Assembly (NCBI GenBank): GCA_036759545.1
Contig: DAIOUL010000001.1
Span: 5,983 to 69,982, forward strand
Direction of reading: 5' to 3'
From: Rhodanobacteraceae bacterium
Lineage (GTDB): Bacteria > Pseudomonadota > Gammaproteobacteria > Xanthomonadales > Rhodanobacteraceae
Length of the DNA: 64,000 nucleotides
Shown here piece after piece: positions 44,755 to 53,946 of the stretch. The notes under the pieces are model-generated. The model was given only the letters and a program-made list of their open reading frames with translations, made no database searches and was not told the origin of the DNA. Made by a program: the position numbers and the translations under genes. Position 1 is the first letter of the stretch. Each line of letters begins with the position of its first letter.

Positions 44755-46239
44755 ATGTCCGAAGCAGCGCGTCCAGGCATCGCCACGCACTACCTGCGGT
44801 ACACGATCGGCAATGTGCTGGTGATGGTGGCGGGATTTGTTTCCTACCCCTTCATGGCCCGGCTGCTGAGTTACAAAGAGTTCGGCATTTTCGGCTATGT
44901 CGATACCTGGCTGCTGATCCTCGCTGGCGTGTTCAAGCTCGGAGGACAGCACGCCATTCTCCGCTTCTATCCGCATCGGGGCGGCCGCGATGCATTGGCC
45001 CGCTTCGGCTCGAATTTCGTGCTGCTGCCGCTGCTCTGCAGCATCGGCCTGTGGCTGCTGGCCCTGATCGCCTTCGGTACGTATTCCCTGGTGGTGCCGG
45101 ATACGCGAGGCGCCATCGCCTGGCTGATGCTTGCGGTATTGCTGCCGACCATGTGGATCAGCTTCGTCTCGGCGGTGTTCAGCGCGGAAGAGCGCTCGGA
45201 CTTGAGCGTGCGCGTCAATGTCTGCTGGCGATGGCTGGAAGTGGCTGCCATCCTGCCCATTCTCTATTTCGTCGCGCGCAGCGCGGACGGAGTCTACGTC
45301 GGCAGATTCATCGCCGCGGCCCTGGTCGCGACGGCCTTGTCCCTGTGGTTGTGGCGGCGGATGCCGATGCGGTGGCGCGATCACGACACCGCGAGTTGGC
45401 TGGCCGGAGTGCGTTACGGCATCCCGATGATGGCCAACGAGCTGTCCTCGGTGCTGCTTTCGTTCGTCGATCGGTTGATGCTGCGCCACTTGATGGGAGC
45501 GTTCGCGCCGGTCGGCGTCTACACGATCGGCTACAACCTGGCGATGACGATCAACGCGCTGATCCAGAACGCGTTGAACGTGGCTTTCACCCAGGTCAGC
45601 GTACGCCAGTACGAAACCGAAGGCCCGCAGGCAGTGGTGCGAACCAAGCATGCCGTGCTGCACGTGCTGGTGTACGTGGTGACTGCGGCGATTGTCGGCC
45701 TTATCACCGTCGGCAATGACGCACTGCTGTTCATGGCGGGCAGCGCCAAGGCCGCCTCTGCGCCGGTCTTCGTTCTCATCGGCATCAATTATCTGCTCAA
45801 CGGATTGCTGGGCATCTGTTCCGCCGGTTTGATGCTGCACAAGCGTTCCGGCACCATTTTCGTCACCACCGCCGGCGCTACCGTGCTCAACGTGCTGCTG
45901 AATCTGCTATGGATCCCCACGCTCGGGGTAATGGGTGCCGTGTGGGCCACGCTAGTCAGCTTCGTTGTCCTCAACGTGGCGCGTTATCTCCTGTGTCCGC
46001 GTGACCTGCGTGCTCTGCCGAATGGCCGGGCGACGATCACGGCCGTCGCGCTTGCCGCGCTGGTGTGGCTGATCGCCCATTTCACCGGCATGTTCAGGGT
46101 TCATTCGCACCTCGGAAGATTGGCGGCAATGGCCGCATTGCTGGCCGTGTTCTATGCCGGACCCGCGCTGGTGCTGGACGCGAATCTGCGCAACGCGATA
46201 CGGAGCTGGTGGTTGCATCGGCGGGGTGCGCTGACATGA
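44755..46239 (+). CDS. polysaccharide biosynthesis protein / Wzx-like oligosaccharide flippase (MOP superfamily)
   Basis: ATG at 44755; the track ORF starts with TTG at 44731. The protein has about 12-14 hydrophobic helices. The N-terminus THYLRYTIGNVLVMVAGFVSYPFMARLLSYKEFGIFGY is typical of the family. It sits in a polysaccharide locus. Confidence 0.7.
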   Translation: MSEAARPGIATHYLRYTIGNVLVMVAGFVSYPFMARLLSYKEFGIFGYVDTWLLILAGVFKLGGQHAILRFYPHRGGRDALARFGSNFVLLPLLCSIGLWLLALIAFGTYSLVVPDTRGAIAWLMLAVLLPTMWISFVSAVFSAEERSDLSVRVNVCWRWLEVAAILPILYFVARSADGVYVGRFIAAALVATALSLWLWRRMPMRWRDHDTASWLAGVRYGIPMMANELSSVLLSFVDRLMLRHLMGAFAPVGVYTIGYNLAMTINALIQNALNVAFTQVSVRQYETEGPQAVVRTKHAVLHVLVYVVTAAIVGLITVGNDALLFMAGSAKAASAPVFVLIGINYLLNGLLGICSAGLMLHKRSGTIFVTTAGATVLNVLLNLLWIPTLGVMGAVWATLVSFVVLNVARYLLCPRDLRALPNGRATITAVALAALVWLIAHFTGMFRVHSHLGRLAAMAALLAVFYAGPALVLDANLRNAIRSWWLHRRGALT

Positions 46240-46258
46240 AGCAGCTTGGAGTGCGCAC

Positions 46259-47041
46259 ATGAGCGAACAATTCGTGCTCTCGCCCCTGAGCTGGGCCATT
46301 TTTTTTCTGTTGCTGCTGATCTTCCTGTGGCGCAGGATGCCGCGGACTCTTCAATACGCCGGGGTCGCGATCGAAGCGTTGCTCGTTCTGTTGATGACGC
46401 CCTGTGGCGCCAATCTTCTCGTGCGCGTAGTGGAATCGCGGACGCCTTCCGCACAAGCCTGCTCGCGGCCTTCTCCCGGAACCATTGTGGTCTTGAGCGG
46501 CGGCTTCGATCGCCCACCCGCATCCATCGACGATTTCTCGGCCGCCAATGCCGAAAGCCTGCACCGGCTGTTTGCAGCAGTGGATCTGTGGCAGCGGACG
46601 CCGCATTCCACCCTGATCGTATCCGGCGGCAGCGAGCGGCGGATTTCACAGGGCGCTCTGCTGGCGAGGCTCGCCGAACGGCTCGGTGTCCCTGCCGGAT
46701 CCATCCGCGTGGAGAGGAATTCCCAAACCACTTGGCAGAATGCGCGCGGAGTCGCGGCGATGTCGCCGCCGGTATCCCGGCACGTCTGGCTGGTCAGTTC
46801 GGCCCTGCATCTGCCACGCGCGTTGGGCGCCTTTCGCGCATTCGGCTTTGATCCTTGCGCATGGTCCAGCGGTTCGATCTACCTGCCGCCGGAAGGCGCC
46901 GGCTATTTCATTCCACAAAGCTCGTCGCTCGACAAAGCGGAAGTGTCGATACACGAAATCGTCGGAGGGCTCGTATACGCCTGGCGTGCTCGCAATACGG
47001 AAAAAAACAGGGAAGGCGGTCCTCGATCAGCAACGGAATGA
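46259..47041 (+). CDS. YdcF/ElyC-like DUF218 protein
   Basis: ATG at 46259 with GGAG upstream. N-terminal TM helices are present. Motifs are TIVVLSGGFDRPP, TLIVSGGSER, NSQTTWQNA and VWLVSSALHLPRALGAFRAFGF. Confidence 0.7.
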   Translation: MSEQFVLSPLSWAIFFLLLLIFLWRRMPRTLQYAGVAIEALLVLLMTPCGANLLVRVVESRTPSAQACSRPSPGTIVVLSGGFDRPPASIDDFSAANAESLHRLFAAVDLWQRTPHSTLIVSGGSERRISQGALLARLAERLGVPAGSIRVERNSQTTWQNARGVAAMSPPVSRHVWLVSSALHLPRALGAFRAFGFDPCAWSSGSIYLPPEGAGYFIPQSSSLDKAEVSIHEIVGGLVYAWRARNTEKNREGGPRSATE

Positions 47042-47709
47042 AACGGAGCGCGAACGTGCCACCCGAATCGCAAATCGAATATCACCTGCGCGAGCTCGAA
47101 GCGGCACTCGATCCTGCTTCTCCTGCGCATGCCTTGCCCGAATTCCGTCAAACCGACCGTTCCGTGCTGGACATCGGATGTGGAATCGGCCAGTCGCTGA
47201 TCGCCAGCGGCGATCACTCCGGGTGCCTGAAAGTGGGCATAGACGTGGACATGCAAGGCTTGGCTTACGGACACAGGCACTACCCGCACATATGTCATGT
47301 GCTCGCTTCCGCCGAGGCCCTTCCGTTTCGCGACGGGGTTTTCGATCTCGTCATGTCGCGCGTGGCGTTGCCTTACACCGATCTGCGCGAATCGCTTCCT
47401 GAAATCGCGCGGGTATCGGCAGACAACGGCCGTATCTGGCTGAGCCTGCATTCATTCAAAGCCGTCGCGCGTCACCTGTTCGAATCGATGAGAGCCCGCG
47501 CGTGGAAAGACGTGATGTTCCGCTTCTACGTAACCGCCAATGGCCTGGCGTTTCATTTCTGCGAAGCACAGCTCCGGTTTCCACGGGGACATCGATGCGA
47601 ATCGTTCCAGACCCGGGCTGGATTCGTCCGCACCTTGCGTCGGCTCGGCTTCGATGAAATCCGTTTCCCGAAGGGCCGCCATTTTCTTTGCACGGCGCAC
47701 AAGCATTGA
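47038..47709 (+). CDS. class I SAM-dependent methyltransferase
   Basis: The ATG at 47038 overlaps the upstream stop (ATGA). Motif I is VLDIGCGIGQSL. The post-I/II region is LASAEALPFRDGVFDLVMSRVALPY. Confidence 0.75.
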   Translation: MKRSANVPPESQIEYHLRELEAALDPASPAHALPEFRQTDRSVLDIGCGIGQSLIASGDHSGCLKVGIDVDMQGLAYGHRHYPHICHVLASAEALPFRDGVFDLVMSRVALPYTDLRESLPEIARVSADNGRIWLSLHSFKAVARHLFESMRARAWKDVMFRFYVTANGLAFHFCEAQLRFPRGHRCESFQTRAGFVRTLRRLGFDEIRFPKGRHFLCTAHKH

Positions 47710-47717
47710 ATCGGTGG

Positions 47718-49397
47718 CTACGCGCCGACCCGCCAGCGCAATCTCGGCTGTTTGATATCCAGGACCTCGAGATCATCCAGCAGGGCGTAGGTGTGATAGC
47801 CCCATCGCGCGCCGCGGACAGGGGGTTCGAGCCGGCCGATGCATTGTTCCCGGTACTGCTCCGGATCGAGGATCAGGATTTCGTTGAACACCACCGCGCG
47901 GCCGTAGCCGCCTGCGCAATCCTGGCTCGGCCTGATCAACTGGCCTTCGTGCGTAAAGATGCGCCCGGCCGGCCTTGCGTGGCGCACGTCCGACACAACC
48001 GGATTTTGCGGATGCGGCTCGAACGGCCCGAGCGGAGTATCTGCATGGAAAAGGAACAGCTCGTCGTTTTCGCTGCCGCCTGCCTCGCAAACATTCGCGA
48101 ACATGTACCAGCGGCCCCGGTGTTCGTGCAGTGTGGCATCGACGGCCAGCCGACCTGACAGCAGTTCGCCGGCCAACTCCCAGTCGTCGGGAAAATGCCG
48201 CGCGCGGAAAAGACGGACCGGGCCGCCGGAACTGCCGATTTCCGGGACCATGTAAACCTCGTCTCTCCACTCGAACACGTGCGGATAGGAAAGGTGTTCC
48301 GCCAACTGCAGCGCGGCGCGCGCGGGGCCTGCGGGGCCCTGTTCACTCCATGGAATCACCGCGATGTCGGCGTGCCCTTTGGCATAGTCGTAATCTTCAA
48401 CGAACAGCCAGTCCTCGCCGCGATGACGGAACAAAAACGGATCGGCGTAGAAATGCCCGCGTGGGCACGGCACGGCCTGTGCGGCCTGGAACGCGGGTGC
48501 AGCGGGGTCCAGCGGCCGGCCTCTCCTCCAGAGCACCGACCAGTGTTCGACGCTCGTGCGGTTTCGGATCAGCGCGCGCGCCTTGTGAACTAGATTGCGC
48601 ACCAGAAAATGCGCCATTTCCGGGTTGCCGCGGCCAAGAGGTCGTTCCGGCCGTTGCGACGGCTCGGATGGCAGCCGGCCCGTCCGCGCGAGCTGCCGCA
48701 GGCATCGCATCACGAAGGCCGAAGATTTCCATGATGCAGCCTGCTGCGCGAGTTCCAACGAGTGCGGGTGGGTGGAACCCCATGAGCGATACAGTAGCCG
48801 TGGTGGTTCCCCTGCCGGCGGCAGTTGCCAAAGTTCGCTCGCGGACACCGTGGCACCACCTTGAATCTCCCGCAGCAGATTCGGATCGTTCGCGCTTTCC
48901 GGAGTGATGCCGTGCGCGTACATCCAGATTCCGTGCTTCGCCACGGAAACCAGTTCGGCACACAGCTCGCCACGAAAGCCGAAGCGCAGGAGCACATCCA
49001 ATCGCGCTTTTCGTATTTCGTCCAGATCGGCGGACGAGAGACACCGCTTTTCTCCGTCTCGTCGAGGAACGACGCGCAACCAGGCGGCATCCGTCAAAAC
49101 ACCCCGGAGATCGCGCTTGGAAAATGCGGACTGCAGATCGCGCCGGCGCCGGATTTCATTGCGGACATATCCGTCGTAGAGGAACCGGCCGCGCGCCGTG
49201 TCGCGTGCACCGGTGCCTTCCGCATCGATGACGACCAGCACGATCTCGCAGAATTCGCTGTCCTCGATCTCGTCTGTGATGCGCGCGATCCACGCGGGCA
49301 CCGTCGGTTCATCCAGCAACAGCCCGATGCGCAGCCTGGGCTCGCCGGCCGCCGGCTCGACGTACAGAGGGCTGGCTGAGTGGGCGGGCGCGTTCAT
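47718..49397 (-). CDS. two-domain protein of unknown function (formyltransferase-like N-terminal half; beta-propeller/GH43-like C-terminal half)
   Basis: The ATG at 49397 overlaps the upstream stop. The N-terminal half reads LRIGLLLDEPTVPAWI ... LDVLLRFGFRGELCAELVSVAKHGIWMYAHG and resembles the formyl-transferase N-domain. The C-terminal half reads FYADPFLFRHRGEDWLFVEDYDY ... LSYPHVFEWRDEVYMVPE ... ATLHEHRGRWYMFAN, with repeated blade-like units. The CDS itself is solid; the function is not. Confidence 0.5.
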   Translation of the reverse strand: MNAPAHSASPLYVEPAAGEPRLRIGLLLDEPTVPAWIARITDEIEDSEFCEIVLVVIDAEGTGARDTARGRFLYDGYVRNEIRRRRDLQSAFSKRDLRGVLTDAAWLRVVPRRDGEKRCLSSADLDEIRKARLDVLLRFGFRGELCAELVSVAKHGIWMYAHGITPESANDPNLLREIQGGATVSASELWQLPPAGEPPRLLYRSWGSTHPHSLELAQQAASWKSSAFVMRCLRQLARTGRLPSEPSQRPERPLGRGNPEMAHFLVRNLVHKARALIRNRTSVEHWSVLWRRGRPLDPAAPAFQAAQAVPCPRGHFYADPFLFRHRGEDWLFVEDYDYAKGHADIAVIPWSEQGPAGPARAALQLAEHLSYPHVFEWRDEVYMVPEIGSSGGPVRLFRARHFPDDWELAGELLSGRLAVDATLHEHRGRWYMFANVCEAGGSENDELFLFHADTPLGPFEPHPQNPVVSDVRHARPAGRIFTHEGQLIRPSQDCAGGYGRAVVFNEILILDPEQYREQCIGRLEPPVRGARWGYHTYALLDDLEVLDIKQPRLRWRVGA

Positions 49398-50635
49398 GAG
49401 GACGGCATTGTGGCGGAGGCGGCGCCGCGGTCTTCACCTCTGCTTTCAATCAATGCCTCGTAGTGGGACAGCAGGGCTGCACCGATCGCGTCCCATCCGT
49501 ACTCGCGTTCGGCGACGCTTCTGGCATTACATCCCAAGCGCCGGATTTCCGCTGGATTGGAGATCAATTCCAGGACCGTCTCCGCGAAGGCTCCAGCCTC
49601 GTCGGCAAACAAGGCATCAACACCGGGTCCGAGCGAAATGCCCTCCGCGCCCGCGCGGGTGGTGACGATCGCCTTGCCGAGCGCCATGGCCTCGAGGATT
49701 TTCAGCCGCGTTCCGCTGCCGGTCCGCAACGGCACGATGTACACCCCTGCAGCTTGGATGTACGGCCGCACGTCGTCCACGAATCCGGCCAATCGCACGT
49801 TCGCCGCCATTGAGGGCGGTACCTTCAACCCATCGGATTTGCCTACGACCGTCAACCGTACATCGGGACGCGCGCTGAGGACGCGGGGCAACACCTCGGA
49901 CAATAACCACTCCATGCCGTCGCGGTTCGGAAACCAGCTCATCTGGCCGACGAACACCAAATGCGATGCGTCTGGTTCGTTTGCGCCGGGCCGATTGAAT
50001 TCCAGATCGACACCGTTGGGCACGACGTGAACCGGCGTCCCCGGTGCGAGACCGAGGAGCTGCTCGGCATCCGCCCGCGAGCAGGCGAGTACCGCATCGG
50101 CACGCTCGCACGCGCCGCGTTCGAATGCCCGCAAACGCGGCAATTGTGTTCGCAAGAACCAGCGGGCGAACGCACTGGATTCCACCTCGATTCGCCGCTC
50201 CAGCAGGGTCTGTTCGACGTTGTGCGCGTTCAGCGCCAGCGGGGTCGAAGCGGGGACCTGGTCCGCATACGCCATCAGCGGCAGCATGTCGACGTGCACC
50301 AGATCGAAGTGCGGCACGAGTTCGGCAAGCCGTGCACGCAACGCCGGAATTTCGTACTTGCGGGCGACGAATGGTGTGGACGACAGCAAGCTGCCGATCG
50401 CGGCATGGATCAGCTTCGGGCGTGAGCGGGTGCTGGGAAGCGGGAAGCTTTCGAAGCCTGCGAGCATTTCGCGCAAGGGGCCGGTTTCGTCGGGCGCATC
50501 GTCGGGCCGCAGGCAACTCAGCAGATGCACCTGGTGTTTCGACGCGAGCGCGCGCAGCAGGTGGAACGTGCGCAACTGATGTCCTTCCCGCGGCGGCCAG
50601 GGAACACGGCTGGTCAGGGCGAGGATGCGCGCCAT
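49394..50635 (-). CDS. glycosyltransferase family 4 (resembles the PEP-CTERM/EpsH1-associated sugar transferase family, TIGR03087)
   Basis: ATG at 50635. The N-terminus MARILALTSRVPWPPREGHQLRTFHLLRAL is characteristic of the family. The C-terminal GT-B block is SGTRLKILEAMALGKAIVTTRAGAEGI. Confidence 0.8.
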   Translation of the reverse strand: MARILALTSRVPWPPREGHQLRTFHLLRALASKHQVHLLSCLRPDDAPDETGPLREMLAGFESFPLPSTRSRPKLIHAAIGSLLSSTPFVARKYEIPALRARLAELVPHFDLVHVDMLPLMAYADQVPASTPLALNAHNVEQTLLERRIEVESSAFARWFLRTQLPRLRAFERGACERADAVLACSRADAEQLLGLAPGTPVHVVPNGVDLEFNRPGANEPDASHLVFVGQMSWFPNRDGMEWLLSEVLPRVLSARPDVRLTVVGKSDGLKVPPSMAANVRLAGFVDDVRPYIQAAGVYIVPLRTGSGTRLKILEAMALGKAIVTTRAGAEGISLGPGVDALFADEAGAFAETVLELISNPAEIRRLGCNARSVAEREYGWDAIGAALLSHYEALIESRGEDRGAASATMPSS

Positions 50636-50636
50636 G

Positions 50637-51761
50637 TCAATGCTTCTTCCACAGTCCGCGCGGATCCAGCGCAATGCACGCCGGCAATGAGAGCAACGCG
50701 GCGGCATTCAACATCGCGAAAGTGCCCGCGGTTCTCAATAACGGGACGCGTGCCGCCGCGCGCGGCCAGAGGATCGCCGCTGCCGCGCCGACATAGGCGG
50801 CGAGTTGCAGCCACATCACGAAGAAATAGAAATCGCCGGCTGCGAGGGCCGATGCGAGCAACGCGGCAAGCAACGCCCAAGGCGCGACCAGCCGCAGCAG
50901 CTTGTGCGAAACAAACGCGAAGAATGCGGGATTCGCAAACGGGTTCAACAGGCGCGGCAAACGCGCCATCAACTGCCAATTGCCCGCCAGCGTGCGCAGT
51001 TTGCGGCGGAACTCCGCGGCCGTGCTGGCACTCGGCGCGTCGATCGCGACGGCTTCGCGCGCCATCCAGACCCAGCCGCCGGAAAACACGACGCTCAACG
51101 GCAGATACATGTCATCCAGTATCAAGCCCGGCGGGAGCGCAGGAATCAGTTCACGGCGCATGGCATGGATGGCTCCGCTGACGCCGTGCAGCCAGCGGAG
51201 TCGTGCCTCACCTTCGCGCAGCGCGACTTCCATGCGCCAGTACAGTCCTACATCGGTGCTCACACTGCTGCCTGCTGCCGCAATCGACAATTCTCCGCTC
51301 ACCGCCCCTACCGCCGGATCGGCGAACGGCGCGACCAAGTTGCGCAGCGCGCCGGGCGCGAACCGCTGCCGCGCATCGGTGAACGCGACGAGTCCGGCCT
51401 CGACTTTACTCAGCGCGACGTTCAATGCAGCGGCCTTGCCTTCGTTTTGCTCCAGCCGCAGTACATGCACGCGCGAGTCCCCGATCGCAGCGGCCCGGGC
51501 GGTCTGATCGGTGCTGCCGTCATCCACGACGACCACGCGCAGGTTTTCCAGGGGGTAATCCTGCGCCAACACGTCGCGCACCCGCGCTTCGATGCGCTGC
51601 GCTTCATTGTGCGCGGCGATTACCACGGTCAATGCGGGCGTTTGCGCATTCGATTGCGGCGTGCGTCCGCGGTTGCGTGCCAGCAGCAAGACCAGCACCG
51701 GGTACAAGAGGTAGGTGTAGAGGACCAGCGCGATGCTGACCCAGAAGACGACCGCGCTCAT
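50637..51761 (-). CDS. membrane-bound glycosyltransferase family 2
   Basis: The ATG at 51761 overlaps the upstream stop. An N-terminal TM (VVFWVSIALVLYTYLLYPVLVLLL) is followed by TVVIAAHNEAQRIEARVRDVL, VVVVDDGSTDQT, FTDARQ and ILDDMYLP. C-terminal TM helices are present. Confidence 0.8.
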   Translation of the reverse strand: MSAVVFWVSIALVLYTYLLYPVLVLLLARNRGRTPQSNAQTPALTVVIAAHNEAQRIEARVRDVLAQDYPLENLRVVVVDDGSTDQTARAAAIGDSRVHVLRLEQNEGKAAALNVALSKVEAGLVAFTDARQRFAPGALRNLVAPFADPAVGAVSGELSIAAAGSSVSTDVGLYWRMEVALREGEARLRWLHGVSGAIHAMRRELIPALPPGLILDDMYLPLSVVFSGGWVWMAREAVAIDAPSASTAAEFRRKLRTLAGNWQLMARLPRLLNPFANPAFFAFVSHKLLRLVAPWALLAALLASALAAGDFYFFVMWLQLAAYVGAAAAILWPRAAARVPLLRTAGTFAMLNAAALLSLPACIALDPRGLWKKH

Positions 51762-52528
51762 CCGGGCAGGAGCCGCGCGCGCAGACGTTCGTATCGGCGA
51801 TTCCCCAGCAGCGCCTTCGGCCAGGAGAGCAAGCGGTAGCGCACCCGAATCAGCCGCGGCCGTACCCCGCGCCATCGCAGCAGGTTCGAAAAGTCATCGA
51901 GGTCCAAGCCGCGCGTTATCGCGATCCGTTCGCGGCAATCATTGGCGAACGCACCACGGTTCACGCCGGGGATCGACGTCAGCACATGACGATAACCCAG
52001 CCTCAAAGCGGCGGCGCGCTCGCGCTCACCGCCGCGTCCGCCCGGCAACGCGAGCGCAGTCACCGCTTGACCGGTGATGCTTTCCAGCCGCCGCTTGCTT
52101 TCGATCAGTTCGGCGTCGAGTTCCTTCGCATCCAGATCTTCGAGGAATCGATGGCTGCGGCCATGCGATTGCACGCCCATGCCCGCCATAGCAAGCGCGC
52201 GCACGTCGTCTTCGGACACCATTCCCGGCCGGCCGATGAAGTCGGAGGTAACGAAGAATTCGGCCACCATTCCGCGCGCAGCCAGCAACGGCAGCGCGAC
52301 GCTGCAATTGGTGGCGTCGCCATCGTCGAAGCTGATCACCACGCATTTGTCATGCGCTGCGACCGGCGCCGGCCCATCCAGACGAATGGTACGGAAGCCA
52401 TGATCGCTCAGCCAGTCGAGCTGCCTTTCGAAATCCGCAGGCAGCACACTGTAAACGCGGTCCGCGCGAGCCTCTGCCGCCTGGTGCAGCCCGTGATACA
52501 TCAACACGGGCAGCCGCGGCCCGTTCAT
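51758..52528 (-). CDS. polysaccharide deacetylase (NodB/CE4 fold)
   Basis: ATG at 52528. Motifs are LPVLMYHGL, VVISFDDGDATN (NodB motif 1) and GVQSHGRSH (motif 2). Confidence 0.8.
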   Translation of the reverse strand: MNGPRLPVLMYHGLHQAAEARADRVYSVLPADFERQLDWLSDHGFRTIRLDGPAPVAAHDKCVVISFDDGDATNCSVALPLLAARGMVAEFFVTSDFIGRPGMVSEDDVRALAMAGMGVQSHGRSHRFLEDLDAKELDAELIESKRRLESITGQAVTALALPGGRGGERERAAALRLGYRHVLTSIPGVNRGAFANDCRERIAITRGLDLDDFSNLLRWRGVRPRLIRVRYRLLSWPKALLGNRRYERLRARLLPG

Positions 52529-53946
52529 TTTGCCGCCAGCCGCTTCTGCAGCAGTTGTTCGCGGCGGGTCGGGCGTCGCGGCATTGCGTAGCGGCGGATG
52601 GGGATCGCCGGTTGCGGCGCCTTCGTTTCGGGGCGCTCCACCTTGGCGCGTTCGGCCAATGCCAGCTCACGCGCCTTGAGCATCAGCGCCACGAATACCC
52701 AGAAGTAGCCGATCATCTGGGCGTAGGTGAAGCGGTCTCCCCAGAAATTGCCTATTACCAACGCTGGCCACGCACCCAGCATGCCCAAGCCCAGCGCATA
52801 ACCGACACTGCCCGGTGGAGAGTCGCGGAAAGTACGCCATGCGGCACGAAGGAAACTGAAGAACAATCCGACGAGAATGGAGATGCCGATCAGCCCCTCT
52901 TCGGCCAGGGTGCGCATGTACAAGTTGTGCGTATCCATCCCGTAAGGACTGACGGAGGAGAACGTGTAATTACCGGTGCCGAAAAGAGGATGTTTCTGCC
53001 ATATACCCAAGGCCACGTCCCAAAACTCGTATCGGTCTGCGGTACTTGCGTCCACCTGCCCCCCTTCGACGTGCGTGCTGTCGAAGCGTTCGCTGACCGA
53101 GTGCGGCATCATGGGTGGAACGATCGCGAGCGCGAGCGCCACCGGGATGACCATCTTCCAGCGGCCGCGCCACAACAGCAGGATCACCGCCGCACCGACC
53201 AGGACGGAAACGTACGCCGCGCGGGAGTACGCCCAGAGCACGCCTAGCACCATGCAGATCACGCCGCCGGCCAGCAACGTTCGCCATACCTTCGACAAGC
53301 CACCGGCGATCATGAGGGCGAACAACATCAGGGCCATGGTGACGCAGAACGCCGCGAACTCGTTGGCGCCCAGCATGGAAAACGTTCCCTGCAGCCGCAT
53401 GTCGTCGCTGTAGTGCCAGGCGCTGACGCTCATGTGTTCGGACCAGGTCACGCGCAGGATGTACGGCAGCGGCAGGAGCATGAAGAGGATCACCCGTTTC
53501 AGGTTGAACCAGTCGGTCACGCTCATCTCCACCACGAACAGCAGCAGCACTGCGAGCATCGAATCCTTGAGATCGTTGACCCGGCTGGAACCCGGGTCGG
53601 GATGGAGCCACATTCCGATCAGCAGCGTGATCACCGACCAGAGGACGTACAGCCACACCCAGCGATGCACGCCGCTCCAGCGGCTGATGTGTCCGCGCAT
53701 CCGCCACGCGCCGATCAATGCCAGCAGAAAACCGACATTCAGAAAGTTGATGCCGAATGGCAGTTTCGGCAGATAGCCCGTCTGGATGTTCTGCAGCGGC
53801 AGCAGAAAAAGAAATGCATACAAGGCCCAGTTATGCCGGGTCGCAACCGGTTCGGACGCAGAAGGCGCCGCAGCCGCGGTCAACCCGCGGAGCCGCGAGG
53901 AAGCGGCGTGCGGCGCGCGCGAACGCTCAGGCAAAGGCGTAGCCAT
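52525..53946 (-). CDS. O-antigen ligase/polymerase-like (Wzy_C) integral membrane protein
   Basis: The ORF 52525..54408 was trimmed to the ATG at 53946 because the upstream part overlaps the GT4 gene. About 10-12 TM helices are present. A large loop reads HSVSERFDSTHVEGGQVDASTADRYEFWDVALGIWQKHPLFGTG, typical of O-antigen ligase-like proteins. Confidence 0.7.
   Translation of the reverse strand: MATPLPERSRAPHAASSRLRGLTAAAAPSASEPVATRHNWALYAFLFLLPLQNIQTGYLPKLPFGINFLNVGFLLALIGAWRMRGHISRWSGVHRWVWLYVLWSVITLLIGMWLHPDPGSSRVNDLKDSMLAVLLLFVVEMSVTDWFNLKRVILFMLLPLPYILRVTWSEHMSVSAWHYSDDMRLQGTFSMLGANEFAAFCVTMALMLFALMIAGGLSKVWRTLLAGGVICMVLGVLWAYSRAAYVSVLVGAAVILLLWRGRWKMVIPVALALAIVPPMMPHSVSERFDSTHVEGGQVDASTADRYEFWDVALGIWQKHPLFGTGNYTFSSVSPYGMDTHNLYMRTLAEEGLIGISILVGLFFSFLRAAWRTFRDSPPGSVGYALGLGMLGAWPALVIGNFWGDRFTYAQMIGYFWVFVALMLKARELALAERAKVERPETKAPQPAIPIRRYAMPRRPTRREQLLQKRLAAK

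Noticed and set aside
46289-46296. A T8 homopolymer inside the DUF218 gene as a possible slipped-strand phase-variation site. A7 runs also occur at ~26535 and ~47011.
   Set aside because: The run is short, encodes in-frame Phe-Phe in a TM helix, and there is no evidence of a frameshifted alternative ORF.
52525-53946. Possibility that the multi-TM protein is the missing exosortase (EpsH/XrtA).
   Set aside because: The large periplasmic loop with ...YEFWDVALGIWQKHPLFGTG... and the overall helix pattern look like the O-antigen-ligase (Wzy_C) family. I did not see the exosortase Cys/Arg/His catalytic motif pattern.
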